64,000 nucleotides of DNA from Octopus bimaculoides (taxonomy: Eukaryota): contig NC_068982.1 in NCBI RefSeq assembly GCF_001194135.2, forward strand, positions 4,807,483 through 4,871,482. Direction: 5' to 3'. Positions within the stretch are counted from its first letter, which is position 1; every line of letters begins with the position of its first letter. Below are positions 52,514-64,000 of the stretch, in pieces. The position numbers and the translations under genes were made by a program. Below the pieces are notes generated by a model. That model searched no databases, was not told the DNA's origin, and worked only from the letters and a program-made list of their open reading frames with translations.

Positions 52514-53577
52514 TATTATAATTATATGTATAAAATGGAACATATTATGCACGCATGATACCATATGTATATCAAATTGTTTCATATGCAATTAATTTAT
52601 CTTCTAAGCACTTTGTCACAAATTAATTAATCAGTTAATTTATTGCTTCAGGAATTTACATAATATAATTGTTTTTGATATAGCTTAGCATTACCATCAT
52701 CATTATCATAACCAAAATCCTCCTTCCCCTCCTCCCACCTCTTCATAAGCAACAGCAGCAGCGTTTTTAACATTTATTTCTTCCATAATGAGTTCTAGAT
52801 ATGAAAAACATGAATGTAGCGATTATACAATCATTATTTAACAATTTATAAGTTAAAAATAAAAATATTTCTCATGAACAAGATGTGTTTGAATAAGTGT
52901 TTGGGGTGCCCCTATGGCATAATGGGGAACTTTTGGCAAAGTTTAGTCCATAATGCTGGGTTGATTCCCAGTTGAGAAATTTCAATTCACTTACTAACCG
53001 TTATGATTTCCAGCTGTATTTAACATCTTAGAGGGAGAAGGATCTGTTCTGCCAATCTGTCTTTCTATTAACAAAGTCGATTGAATCACAAAGGTCAGCC
53101 AATAATCAGTTAAAAGTTATGAGGTGTCTCATTATGTATTTGAATAGATTTACAATTGATAGAATGGTCTATTAAATTAATATGCCAATGTTGGTATCAT
53201 AAGATGTTTATAGACAAGAAGTGAAATATATGTAGTTGTAGATAAAGAGCATAGGAAAGTATAACACACCACTATAACAAACAGAAATAGCAAAATCTTC
53301 TCTTATCAAACAGACCTATTATCAAAGACATTACAGATATGACCATCCACTCATTTTTTCATTCCAGAAATAGTGTCTCTAAATCTACATTATCCAATAT
53401 GTCCTTCCCTTTTTATGATTACAGGATGTCATTTGAGAGAGATTTTGCTGTTAAATCTAGCAGGTGAAACCATAAGTGCAGGAACAAAATTTGTTTAGTG
53501 GCTGCAAACACAGGTCCAAAATGTTTCACACACTTAATATCAAAATAAACACAGGTATAATAATAATAATAATAATA

Positions 53578-54115
53578 TGCAGTATCAGGCAGTAGCTCTC
53601 ATGGCTTCTGATCTTAACTGATTGGAAGTGTTAGCATGTATATTGTTTTGTCTTGGTATAAAAGATGGGCTATAGTAAATATTCTGCTTAATACCACAGA
53701 GTTGCTTGTCAGTTGTTTGACCTTAACCAGTTGAGCATGTCCCTTGGTGGCTGACGATATGTGCATCTCTGATCATGAGCAGAAGTAGTGGGGGAGCATC
53801 ATAGCCATGTGTTGAGAAGAATTCTTTGGGGTTTGAATAATTCACATCTGGAAACATGGGTGTTTTGCTCAACATCCTTATTCAGCAACCTTTTGAACGG
53901 GATGGGCTACTAGACCTGAAGAAAATTCTAACTGGGTCCCACCTGCAAGGTCATGCGCTGTTTATCTTGATATGAGACCACTATGTCGCACACATATGGT
54001 TGTGATGCACGTGCCTGGTGTACCCTCATCAGACGAGTAGTCATGATAGGTATACTGGGCTTCGTATATTTGTACCCTAGTGTCACTCTGATGCCATGCG
54101 CTGCTCTCTCACTCA
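53578..54115. repeat. Probable interspersed repeat of another family, unclassified
   Basis: More GC-rich block bounded by (AAT)n tracts; resembles recalled octopus repeats; single copy in this window. Confidence 0.35.
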
Positions 54116-54123
54116 ATAATAAT

Positions 54124-55076
54124 GGTTTCAAATTTTGGCACAAGGCCAGCAAATTTAGAGGGAGGGGAAAGTCAATTACATCAGCCCCAGTGCTCAACTG
54201 AGAATTACTTTATTGACCCAGAAGGGATGAAAGGGAAATGTGACCTTGGTGGGATTTTGAACTCAGAATGTAAAGACAAGCAAATATTCTGCTAAGCATT
54301 TTATCCGGTATGTTAACAATTCTGCCAGTTTGTCACTTTAATAATAATAGAGAAGCATTTAGCTGCAACAATCTCAACAGTCTAGTCATGTCTCAAAACC
54401 ATAGATAACATAGCAATGTGCTTCTATGATCTATGCTCAGAATAGATTAAATAATTGGTACTTTTAAATCACCACTCCTGATTGACTGAGAATATATGCA
54501 GCATCTAATAAACATTATCATTACAGCTAGCTGATAGAAAATTGCACTTGTATGGGGAAGCTGTGTGTGTATAAACTGATAAGATAATATCTAGCTACAG
54601 TTGTATCAATCAGTTTCGTAGCAGAATTGAATTGATGCATAACATCATCACCATGTAGTTGTTTATAACATCAATATTCTTTTCTACACAAGGCCTGAAA
54701 TTTTGGGGGAGGGGGCCAGTTGATTAAATTGACCCCAGTATGCAACTGGTATGTAATTTATCGACCTCGCGAGGATGAAAGACAAAGTCAACCTCGGCGG
54801 AATTTGAACTCAGAACGTAAAGTCATTTCGTTTGGTGTGCTAACGTTTCTGCCAACTCCCTGCCTTTAATTTAATACATATTCTTTTGTACTCTAGGTAC
54901 AAGACCCGAAATTTGGGGGGAGGTGACCAGTTGGTACTGGTACTTAATTTATCGACCCCAAAAGGATGAAAGGGAAAGTTGATCTTCGCGGAATCTGAAC
55001 TCAGAACGTAAAGACAGTCAAAATACCGCTAAGCATTTTGCCTGGTGTGCTAATGTTTCTGCCAGCTCACCACTTT
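54124..55076 (-). mobile_element. Three family A SINE copies (about 54124-54340, 54680-54868, 54886-55076)
   Basis: Same consensus and orientation. Confidence 0.8.
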
Positions 55077-55765
55077 ACTATAACATCAATATTGATAGCA
55101 TCTGAGTAGTGACCTGACTGACCAACTCAGTGTACTCAATCATTTACCAATGAGAGTGTGTTACTGTCTACTGTGATTTTCAGGTTCAGAGCAAGGTCTA
55201 GTAGATAAATCTCAAATCTACAAGTATATATGTTACATATATATACCTGTAATTCACCCAGGTCCATAAATCATATGTATAGTACACTGATTGTTAAAAT
55301 TCTTAATGAGCAGTTTGAAACTGGGCTGATCTTTACATCTGTCTATTTGCAGATTTACATGGGTACAGTAGTAGACTGGCCAGACTGCCAGCTTGTCCAA
55401 TGGCAAGTGGGCACCTGTGCCATTAGAACCCATATATGGGGGCCTATCCCCTCAAGTTTGAGAATTTTTTATTCACTCCTGGAAGAATGCATCAATTATT
55501 TCAGCCTGGCTGTGTTTGTAGACAGTTGGAAAGAACACTTTTAACAAAAATAAAATAAAATTATAGCATTGTAGTTGCGGGTGGGCCCCCACTAGTCTCC
55601 TGGCAACCAATATTTTGAGACCCAGTGTGCCAGTGGGTCTGTATATAAACAACCAAAATACTTGAAGCAGGTGCTTCATCATGACTGCAGTCCAATGATT
55701 GAAGTCAGTAAAAGAGTAAAGAATAGAAAGAATATAGAAACAGAAGATGCAATTCCTTGGCTGCC

Positions 55766-55801
<36 letters not shown>

Positions 55802-56277
55802 CAAACGTAATAAGTGAAAATAAAAGATCTAAACAGGATAATAGATATGGAGAAATTGTTTCCTGTTTACATCAGACCAATTAGTTATAACAACAGTGCA
55901 TGAGCCAACAGGACATGTAGACTGCCTCTGTGCTTTCCAGTACAGATTACAGAATGCGTAATTTGGTCCTTTATGGAAAGATATAATGTTGGCAATGTAA
56001 TTCTTGGAGAATGCCAATACAGAGAGGAAAACTGTTGTTTCAATATGGAATATAATTGAAATCATTATAAAAGATTTCCTTGTCTCTTTCTGTCTCTCAT
56101 CAAATCATTCGTTCTCTTTTTCGAAGTATACATGATATAAGCATAAACATTTGTGTGTGTGTGAGTCAGTGTGTGTGTGTGTGTGTGAGTCTGTGGGTGT
56201 CTGTGTGCATGTGTGTAATATTCATTTGTCTCAGTCATTAGATGTATGTGTGCATGCATAACTTTTTCAGTCATTAA

Positions 56278-56468
56278 AGTGCAGCCATCTTGGGCCACTG
56301 CCTTGAAGAATTTTTAGTTGAAACAAATCAATCCGAGTGCTTATTTTCATTTTTCTTTAAAGCCTCGTTATTACTTTATCAGTTTCTTTTGCCAAATCGC
56401 TAAGTTATGGGGATGTAAACACACTAACACCAGTTGCCAAGCAGTGGTGGAGGACAGACACATACATA

Positions 56469-56523
<55 letters not shown>

Positions 56524-56670
56524 GATAAGATTCTTTCAGTTTCCGTATAACAAATTCACTCACAAGGCTTCAGTTGGCTTGGAGCCAGAGTAGAAAACCC
56601 CTGCCCAAGGTACTATACAATGGGAGTGAACCCAGGACCATGTGGTTGGGAAGCCAGTCTAGGCACATGT
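56278..56670 (-). mobile_element. Family B/C composite SINE
   Basis: 3' body, (TA)n, then TTCTTTCAGTTTCCG..CCCAAGG..GTGAACCC head. Confidence 0.75.
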
Positions 56671-56974
56671 CTGGTAAGAGTTTGCTTTGCACCCACATAG
56701 TTCTGGGTTCAATCCCACTGCATGTCACCTTGGGTGAGTGCTTTCTATTATAGCTGACCAAAGTCTTGTAAGCAGACTTTAGTTGACAAAAACTGTTGGC
56801 TTTTATATAAACTAAAATGTACCATCCTTCTTAAGGTTACCAATATTAAACAATTATAGAAATATACGTACCTCCCAATACCAACCAAAAAGTGTAACTC
56901 AAGACCCTCAAACTTTCAGATGCCCATACACCCACCTATGTCCATATGGACCAAACAGTCTTTTCTACTCTAGG

Positions 56975-57176
56975 CAAAAAGACTGAAATTTTGTTTTGGT
57001 GGGGGGCAGTCGATTAGATCGACCCCAGTACGCAACTGGTACTTAATTTGTCAACCCTGAAAGGATGAAAGGCAAAGTCAACCTCAGGGGAATTTGAACT
57101 CAGAATGTAAAGACCGATGAAATACTGCTAAGCATTTCGCCCGGCATGCTAATGTTTTTGCCAGCTCGCTGCCTTT
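56975..57176 (-). mobile_element. Family A SINE
   Basis: GTCGATTAGATCGACCCCAGTACGCAACTGGTAC..GCCAGCTCGCTGCCTT. Confidence 0.85.
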
Positions 57177-57328
57177 CATAGACCAAACATTGAGATATAA
57201 ATGCCCGTATATGTGCATATAATTCCACACACATGTGCACACACACACACACACACACACACATACTCTCATAGTCATACATCCATCTCTAATGAGAAAT
57301 AAACAGATTTCCAATGTAAACATTTTTC

Positions 57329-57457
57329 CAGTTCTATATTTAAGAGATGAGGAATTATGTACATTCTTTACATTTGATGAAGGCTGGAGGGTATATCAGC
57401 CAAAACATTGTGTTAGCAACAAACAAGATGAGGACAAATATCTGTCAAATGTAAATA
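57329..57457. mobile_element. Third, heavily deleted copy of the palindromic hammerhead element
   Basis: CAGTTCTATATTTAAGAGATGAGG..CATTTGATGAAGGCTGGAGGGTATATCAGCCAAAACATTGTGTT. Confidence 0.7.
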
Positions 57458-57904
57458 AAACATTTTTCTTCTAATTTATAGTAAAAAGTGCGTGCGTGTC
57501 GTATCAAATTCCTTGTGTATTGTCTTTATACATCTGTTTGTCTATGCTTCAGTAGTTTTGTGTGTGTGTGTATCTGAGTGTGTACCTTGGTCTATATGCA
57601 ACATTTGTATGCTTCTCATACTTCCCAACCAGATCTTACAACCAACAACAAAGAAATAATTCTTGCCATGCCCACCCCTTCAACTAATCCCTTCACCCAG
57701 CAACTCGGGGCCAAACCAAGACAATTCCCCACAGTTGAAATATGACTCAAAGCATTCTTCAGGGCATCACATTACTTCAAATAGACAAAAATTGCTCCGA
57801 AACCTTTCAAAAATTGAAAGATCAAACTAAGAGTCACTGTTATTCTTTTGTGTTTTAGCCTAAATACTGTGGCCATACTGGAGCATTTTCAATATGTTGG
57901 GCCT

Positions 57905-58476
57905 CACAAAGGCAATGACAAAAGACAGACCTCTGGAGGTTGCTGTGACTGAGAAGACCTGGCAAATAAAGTGAGTCCACAGGTGTAACCTACACCAGTG
58001 TCGCATAACCAGCCCACTCAAAAGTACCTTGGATTGTAGGGTGACATGCCATGCTTGAGGAGACCCATTGAGTCAAGTACATCAACATCAGCAAAATCAA
58101 ATGAAATGGAAATTGTAGTTGTGACTCCCGTGCCGGTAGCATGTAAAAATCACCATCCGAACGTGTCCGATGCCAGTGCCACTTTGACTGGCTTCTGTGC
58201 TAGTGGCACTTTGACTGGCTTCTGTGCCGGTGGCACGTAAAAAGCACCATCCGATCGTGGTCGATGCCAGCTGCTCTGGCTCCTGTGCAGGTGGCATGTA
58301 AAATGCACCCACTATACTCCTGGAGTGGTTGGCGTTAGGAAGGGCATCCAGCTGTAGAAACACTGCCAGATCACACTGGGGCCTGGTGCAGCCTCCTGGC
58401 TTCCCAGACCCCAGTCGAACCATCCAACGCATGCCAGCATGGAAAACGGACGTTAAACAATGATGATGATGATGAA
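57905..58476 (+). mobile_element. Long family D copy with internal tandem subrepeats and (GAT)n tail
   Basis: GTGCCGGTGGCACGTAAAAAGCACC subrepeats, then GGTTGGCGTTAGGAAGGGCATCC..TTAAACAATGATGATGATG. Confidence 0.8.
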
Positions 58477-58939
58477 TTAAAATTAATGCTAACTACAGTA
58501 TTGAACTCTCTTATTAATATGCATACACAGTATGCAAACCCACAGAACAGAATATTGGAATTGGTTTAAAACTAAATACAATAATGGCAAATTTCCAATC
58601 TTCAAATATTCTATTAACTCATCTCAAACTTTTATTAATTTGTAAACTTTGCACATGAGTAGATTTTGCATCAGTCTTTGTCTTTGTTTCTTTATGTAAG
58701 TCTGGAAGAGTTGAAACACTGCATAATAATATGTTGCAGCGTATTATCCCCATGAGACACAGTCGCTAACACATTGCAACGGAGCACACCAACAGAGCAG
58801 TTGTCTCTTTACATGGTACACAAGTTTCTTGTGACCCATGCATAGCTTAAAAATTTACCTTCTTTAGATGCCAAATTTACCTCAGTTCCGTACAACCAGC
58901 AACCACACTACAAGAATAGCCCACATTATATATTGTTCA

Positions 58940-59120
58940 TGCTGGTGCCACATGATAAGCACCCAGAACACTCTGTAAAGTGGTTGGTGTTAGGAAGGGC
59001 ATCCAGCCATAGAAACCATGCCAATTAGACAAGGGAGCCTGGTGCATCCCCCCAGCCTTACCAGCACCTGCCAAGCCATCCCACATGTGCCAGCATAGAA
59101 AACAGACATTAAATGATGAT
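58940..59120 (+). mobile_element. Family D repeat
   Basis: GTGGTTGGTGTTAGGAAGGGCATCCAGCC..ACATTAAATGATGAT. Confidence 0.7.
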
Positions 59121-59534
59121 AGCTAAAATGATGCAGTTGTGACACACTAACTTTCTAAACAACTACAAAAATGGCCATGCAACTGAGGGACAAAACATTC
59201 CCTTAGGAGCTTATTAAAACCTCACAAGACATTACATTCACCAATGTAATATATTATCTTATTGATCCATTTACTAGAACTTGAATGAACCATTCCCTTT
59301 GGCAGTTTATAGACCATTCTGCTTAAAGTCCACTTGAAGCATTTTCTCATTACTCTCCCATCTTAAAACCTCATTCTAAACACTTTTCTCACTCCTTCCC
59401 TTAGAAATGCAGCCCTCTGGAATATTCCACTTTTGCCTGTGTTTCTTACACAGGCTGAATAAACCAAATCCATCATACTAGTGAGAGAATGCCACTGCTC
59501 TCCTTGCTCTCATTAAATAATTCTTTCTACAAAC

Positions 59535-59757
59535 ATGGCACAAGGCCTGAAATTTTGGAGAGGAGAGAGTCAATTACAGCAAATCCCAGTGCTTCCCTGG
59601 TACTTTATTTTATCAACTCTGAAAGGACCCATCCTTTCAGAGTCAACAAAATAAAGTACCAGAAAAGGACAAAGTCGAAATTCAGCAGAATTTGAACTCA
59701 AAATGCAAAGACAGGAAATGGTGCTAAGCATTTTGTCTGACACACTAACAATTCTGT
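59535..59757 (-). mobile_element. Family A SINE with a short internal inverted duplication
   Basis: CTGGTACTTTATTTTATCAACTCTGAAAGGA is followed by its near reverse complement TCCTTTCAGAGTCAACAAAATAAAGTACCAG. Confidence 0.7.
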
Positions 59758-60749
59758 GCTTTTAAATTCAAGATGATCAACTGGGATAATTATGATTAAT
59801 TATATCCAGTGAAATATCATTGATTGAATATCATAAAAGGATGTTCATTATTTATTCTCTTATTCAGACATTCAAGTAGGAAGCTTGTTGAGAGAAATAC
59901 CTTCTACATGTTGTAATTCAAGTGACAAATCACAAGCTTTCCCTTGATAATTTGTTCTTTGTTTATCTGTTGTCATTTAGCTTGGTTTGCACTGAAAATA
60001 TGGGTGTATGTGCATTTTATTGTTGCAGAGTTTTAAAAGACAATCAGTTGCTTTCAAGAGAAACAAAAGCAAATAGAAAAATGTTTTGAGCAATATGTTG
60101 TTTGTAGTAGGCACAAAACCTATATCTTTACCACAAGTTCTCTACAGCAGAAATAACTCAACCACTGACATTTGAATGGAACGAAGATCATTTTGGAGAG
60201 ATAAATAAAAAATAAATTAGCTAAAATAATTTCTTCCAGATTAGCAAGACCAAAGCTATTGAGAAAAAGTCCCTGATGCATTCATTTTTTTCGTACATAT
60301 AATTTTCAAATGTCAAAACCTACTTTGTATATAAAAATGGCAATGAAGTTAAGATATTGAACTAGTTGTTCAATGCCGTTAATTTGAAATTTTCACTGTA
60401 AGCATCTGTGTGCACGCAAAGTATATTACTCTTCTTGTCAGAATCTAGTTTATTGACAACAGGTAATATATGCATAATATATAGAATAATGTGTACATTT
60501 TCCAAAGAGAAATGCCCAACAAAGCAATATTCATTATGATTTTAGCAGAGAGAATGATAACAACAAAAAGTATGGAATTAAAATGGTTCAATATCCACAA
60601 AAATGTAAACAGTGATATAGATTTGGTTGAAGTTACATAGAATGGAAATACCATTTGTCTTTTAAAATTATTCCTTTTCCCAATGATTATAAAATCCAAG
60701 AACTGGTTTCACTATAACAAGCTTTGAATGAACAAGTTGGTCAGTATTT

Positions 60750-61002
60750 CTGTATTTGAAAGATGAGGAATTATGTACATTTTTTACATTTGACGGATAT
60801 TTGTCCTAATCTTGTTTGTTGTTTACACAACATTTTGACTGATATACCCTCCAGCTTTCATCTTGGGGGAATTTCGAACTTGGGTTCTCATTCCTAAGGT
60901 ATTTTTCTGATGTTGTTATCATTATTATTATACATTAGCTGAAACATTGTGTTAACAACAAACAAGACGAGGACAAATATCCGTCAAATGTAAATAATGT
61001 AA
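60750..61002. mobile_element. Fourth, decayed copy of the palindromic hammerhead element
   Basis: Reverse arm to ..AAGGTATTTTTC, (ATT)n, then forward arm AGCTGAAACATTGTGTTAACAAC..CCGTCAAATGTAAATAATG. Confidence 0.7.
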
Positions 61003-61204
61003 AGTTGGTCACTAATCCAATACTTCAAACATACAACCGTTGCCAAACAACTCGTGTTCCGATATCAAACTGGCTCATCTGCAGGTTCAGGACACTCGAT
61101 GGAAAATAGCCATCAAACATGCCAAATCGAAAACAGCAAAGATTCACTCATTCTCTCTCTCTCTCAACCCCCTCACAAATACAGGTCATGCTTAATATAT
61201 CTTT

Positions 61205-61555
61205 TATTTCTTTGTCATTAGATAGTGGCCATGCTGGGGCACCAGCACAAAGAATTTTTGGTTGAATGAATTGGCTTCAATACATTTTTTTTAATGCCTA
61301 GTATTTATTCTGTTAGTCACTTTTACCAAATTGCTAAGTTACAGGAATGTAAACAAACCAACACTGATTGTCAAGCAGTGATGGGAAACACACACACACA
61401 TGATGGGCTTCTTTCAGTTTCCGTCTACCAAATCCACTTACAAGGCTTTGGTCAATATGAGGCTATAGTAGAAGACACCTGCCCAAGGTTCCATGCAGTG
61501 GAACTGAACCCAGAACCATGTGGCTGGGAAGCAAACTTCTTACTACACAGCCAAG
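61205..61555 (-). mobile_element. Family B/C composite SINE
   Basis: Same three-part layout with an internal (CA)n. Confidence 0.75.
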
Positions 61556-61724
61556 CCTGTGCTTGTTTGTGCAGAAATCAAATATTTCTGTGGAGAACTC
61601 AGACAAAATATCAAAGTTCTTTGTATGGAAGAAAAATCTTCCCAAAATATCCTCCTCCTCATCAAACATCGTTATCATCATCATAATCATTGTCATCATC
61701 ATAATCGTTATAACTGTTATTGTC

Positions 61725-61945
61725 ATCATCATCATCATTTAATGTCCAAGGGTTTGACAGGACCTGTCACCAGAGGGCTGCACCAGGCTGCCTTTGCCTG
61801 TTTTGGCATGGTTTTACAGCTGGTTGCTCTTCTGAATGTCAACCACTTTACAGAGTGGGTGCTTTTTATGTGGTGCTTTTTACATGGCACAAACACCAAT
61901 GGGTTACCAACTAACTTGCAAGACAAGGACCTCTCAGAGTGGAAC
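61725..61945 (-). mobile_element. Decayed family D repeat
   Basis: CATCATCATTTAATGTCC..TTTACAGCTGGTTGCTCTTCTGAATGTCAACCAC. Confidence 0.55.
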
Positions 61946-62074
61946 TGAGGGAGGTGGCTTTGGTTGGTTTGAGGCTATAGCAGAAGAAACTTGCCCAAGG
62001 TGCCATGCAGTGGAAATGAACCAAGAACAATGTGGTTGGGAAGCAAGCTTCTTACCACACAACCATACTTTCAT

Positions 62075-62502
62075 ATATATTACTCTTTACTCTTTTATTT
62101 GTTTCAGTCACTTGACTGTGGCCATCCTGGAGCACCGCCTTTAGTCGAGCAAATCAACCCTAGAACTTATTCTTTGGAAGCCTAGTACTTATTCTATCGG
62201 TCTCTTTTGCCAAACCGCTAAGTTACGGGGACATGAACACACCAGCATCGGTTGTCAAGCGATGTTGGGGGGACAACAGAGACACACAAGCATATACACG
62301 CACATACATACATATATATATATATATACACATATATACGACTGGCTTCTTTTCAGTTTCCGTCTACCAAACCCACTCACAAGGCTTTGGTCGGCCCGAG
62401 GCTATAGTAGAAGACACTTGCCCAAGGTGCCACGCAGTGGGACCGAACCCAGAACCATGTGGTTGGTAAGCAAGCTACTTACCATACAGCCACTCCCGCG
62501 CC
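62075..62502 (-). mobile_element. Family B/C composite SINE, best preserved copy
   Basis: Minus strand GGCGCGGGAGTGGCTGTATGGTAAG..GGTTCGGTCCC..GGCACCTTGGGCAAGTGTCTTC, internal (TA)n(TG)n, 3' body and (AGAGTAA) tail. Confidence 0.85.
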
Positions 62503-63294
62503 TATATATATATATATATAAGTGTAAGACCTTACTGTGGACAAGGCTGTGTGTCATTCAATTATAAATAAATAAAAAGTACAGGACATCACCAACGAGT
62601 GAAGAATACGTAAACGCCTGAGAGATAAGTCCAAGGCAAAATACCAAACAAAGTCCAGCCCCTCTTCAGTTGTCAACTGTTTTATTACTCACTATTCCGA
62701 GCTTTCAGCAATAAGATAGGAAAACGTCATAAAACAGCAGCATCCAAAAATTTTAAAGATGGAAAATTTGTGGAGATTTAAAGCTTCAAACAAACAAACA
62801 ACAACAGAGAGGACATACGGAGTAAACAATTGAAGACAAACATTAAGGGCGATTAGGCCAAGATGGATTGTAATGGATAATGCCTGGGAGAAATTTTGAA
62901 AGGATAAAGAATAAATAGAAGAGAAACAATGTCGAGAGATGAGGGAAATGACGTCCAGCTAGTTGGACGTCACATCCAGAAAAGACAGAATATATAGATA
63001 TATGCAAACATATCCACACACACAAGTGGCAGCTGAATTGATTATTATTCGACCCAATGCTATAACAGTTGATACAAATATTTGTGAAGCAAGTTTTTCA
63101 ACTGCACACCCATGCCTCTGCCCATGATGAATTCTCTGAAATGTTTCCGACTTTGGAAGAACTGTACAGGAACCTAAACGAATTCTTAAGAAGTTGAAAA
63201 CAACTTTGGATATCGTCTGGTTTAAACAAGGATTTCATGTGTAGTGTTTTCTAAGATGCTCCCAGATGTATCTTGCTATTTTTTGCTGTTTTAG

Positions 63295-63381
63295 TTGTTT
63301 CAAGAAGTGGAAGATGACCAAAACCTGGATGATTGTGGCCCATCTGAGAAACGAACCCCAAAAGATGATGTGACTGCTACA
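63295..63381 (+). CDS. Candidate 87-nt phase 0-0 internal exon (LFQEVEDDQNLDDCGPSEKRTPKDDVTAT) of an unknown gene
   Basis: Acceptor TTTTTTGCTGTTTTAG|, donor ACA|GTAAGG, open frame, length divisible by 3; no homology recognised. Confidence 0.35.
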
Positions 63382-64000
63382 GTAAGGTTTGCTAGCATTC
63401 TCTGCAGTAATGCTTTTGCAGTAATGCTTTTGCAGTCATGTCTGCAAGGCACATCTGTCTGCAATACACCATCTGTTCTGGAGTAACAACTCATTACTCT
63501 ACCCATCATCTTCTGATGCTTAATTCTCCACCCTCTATTTTTTCTTTCTCTTTATTTTCTGGGTGAGGTAGTTATGGCTTTTTCTCGATAATTTGGTCTT
63601 ATATACTTTTGTTTTTTTTCCTTTTCTTTTCTACCCATGAAAAGATGTAAATAAAAACAAAGCCTAAATATAAAAAAGAAAATAATCAAAATTTATAAAA
63701 TGAATCAGTTTGCTAAGCCAAAGGGTTAACGTTTCATATATTTTCACTTACACAAGTTTGTATCTAAGACTAAGCTACCTCTTATCTTTTGTTGGCAAAA
63801 TGTACTCAGCTTAGTGAACTAATTAGCACCATAAGAATGGAGATTGTTAGCTTTCGGTGGTAACTACATATTCTTTGGTAAAAGAGCTACACCTATCAAT
63901 TAAAACAAATCAGATGATTTGATCCTCAAACATTTTTGCATCAATTTTAGTGGCTTTGGTGGTTAGATAGATAACTGAGAAGACAAGGTACTGCGCTAGC

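Noticed and set aside
7675-52595. Long ORFs containing runs of X (for example 7675-8651, 29013-30201, 42897-43754, 51627-52595)
   Set aside because: Artifacts of translating through N gaps.
54026-54032. CTGATGA on the minus strand as another hammerhead
   Set aside because: No downstream GAAA core or closing stems.
48273-62567. Short ORFs such as 48273-48599, 58097-58432, 61294-61686 and 62262-62567
   Set aside because: They lie within SINE copies, and near-identical peptides recur in other copies.

Overview
AT-rich, intron/intergenic-type animal DNA with ten assembly gaps (2314-2487, 7852-8548, 11772-12224, 13747-14203, 19069-19078, 25231-25330, 26739-26957, 29581-30150, 43019-43657, 51796-52441) and dense (TA)n/(CA)n/(AAT)n microsatellites. 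The repeat landscape suggests an octopus genome (inference, not searched). The only confidently identified host coding sequence is the last coding exon of a neuronal calcium sensor (NCS-1/frequenin/aplycalcin-like) gene on the minus strand at 47699-47800; its upstream exons were not found in the window. Most of the rest is decayed transposable elements: a Tigger/pogo element, mariner and Tc1 remnants, RTE and CR1-like LINE fragments, hAT and piggyBac-type MITEs, and several tRNA-derived SINE families. The most notable observation is a repeated, palindromic, tRNA-headed element carrying a minimal type I hammerhead ribozyme of the Penelope type (4 copies; best at 23601-24007). Also notable are an unexplained 182-codon ORF at 3480-4028, a strong switch in SINE orientation across the window, and several weak candidate exons. 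SINE family labels A, B/C and D are my own working names, and many repeat boundaries are approximate.
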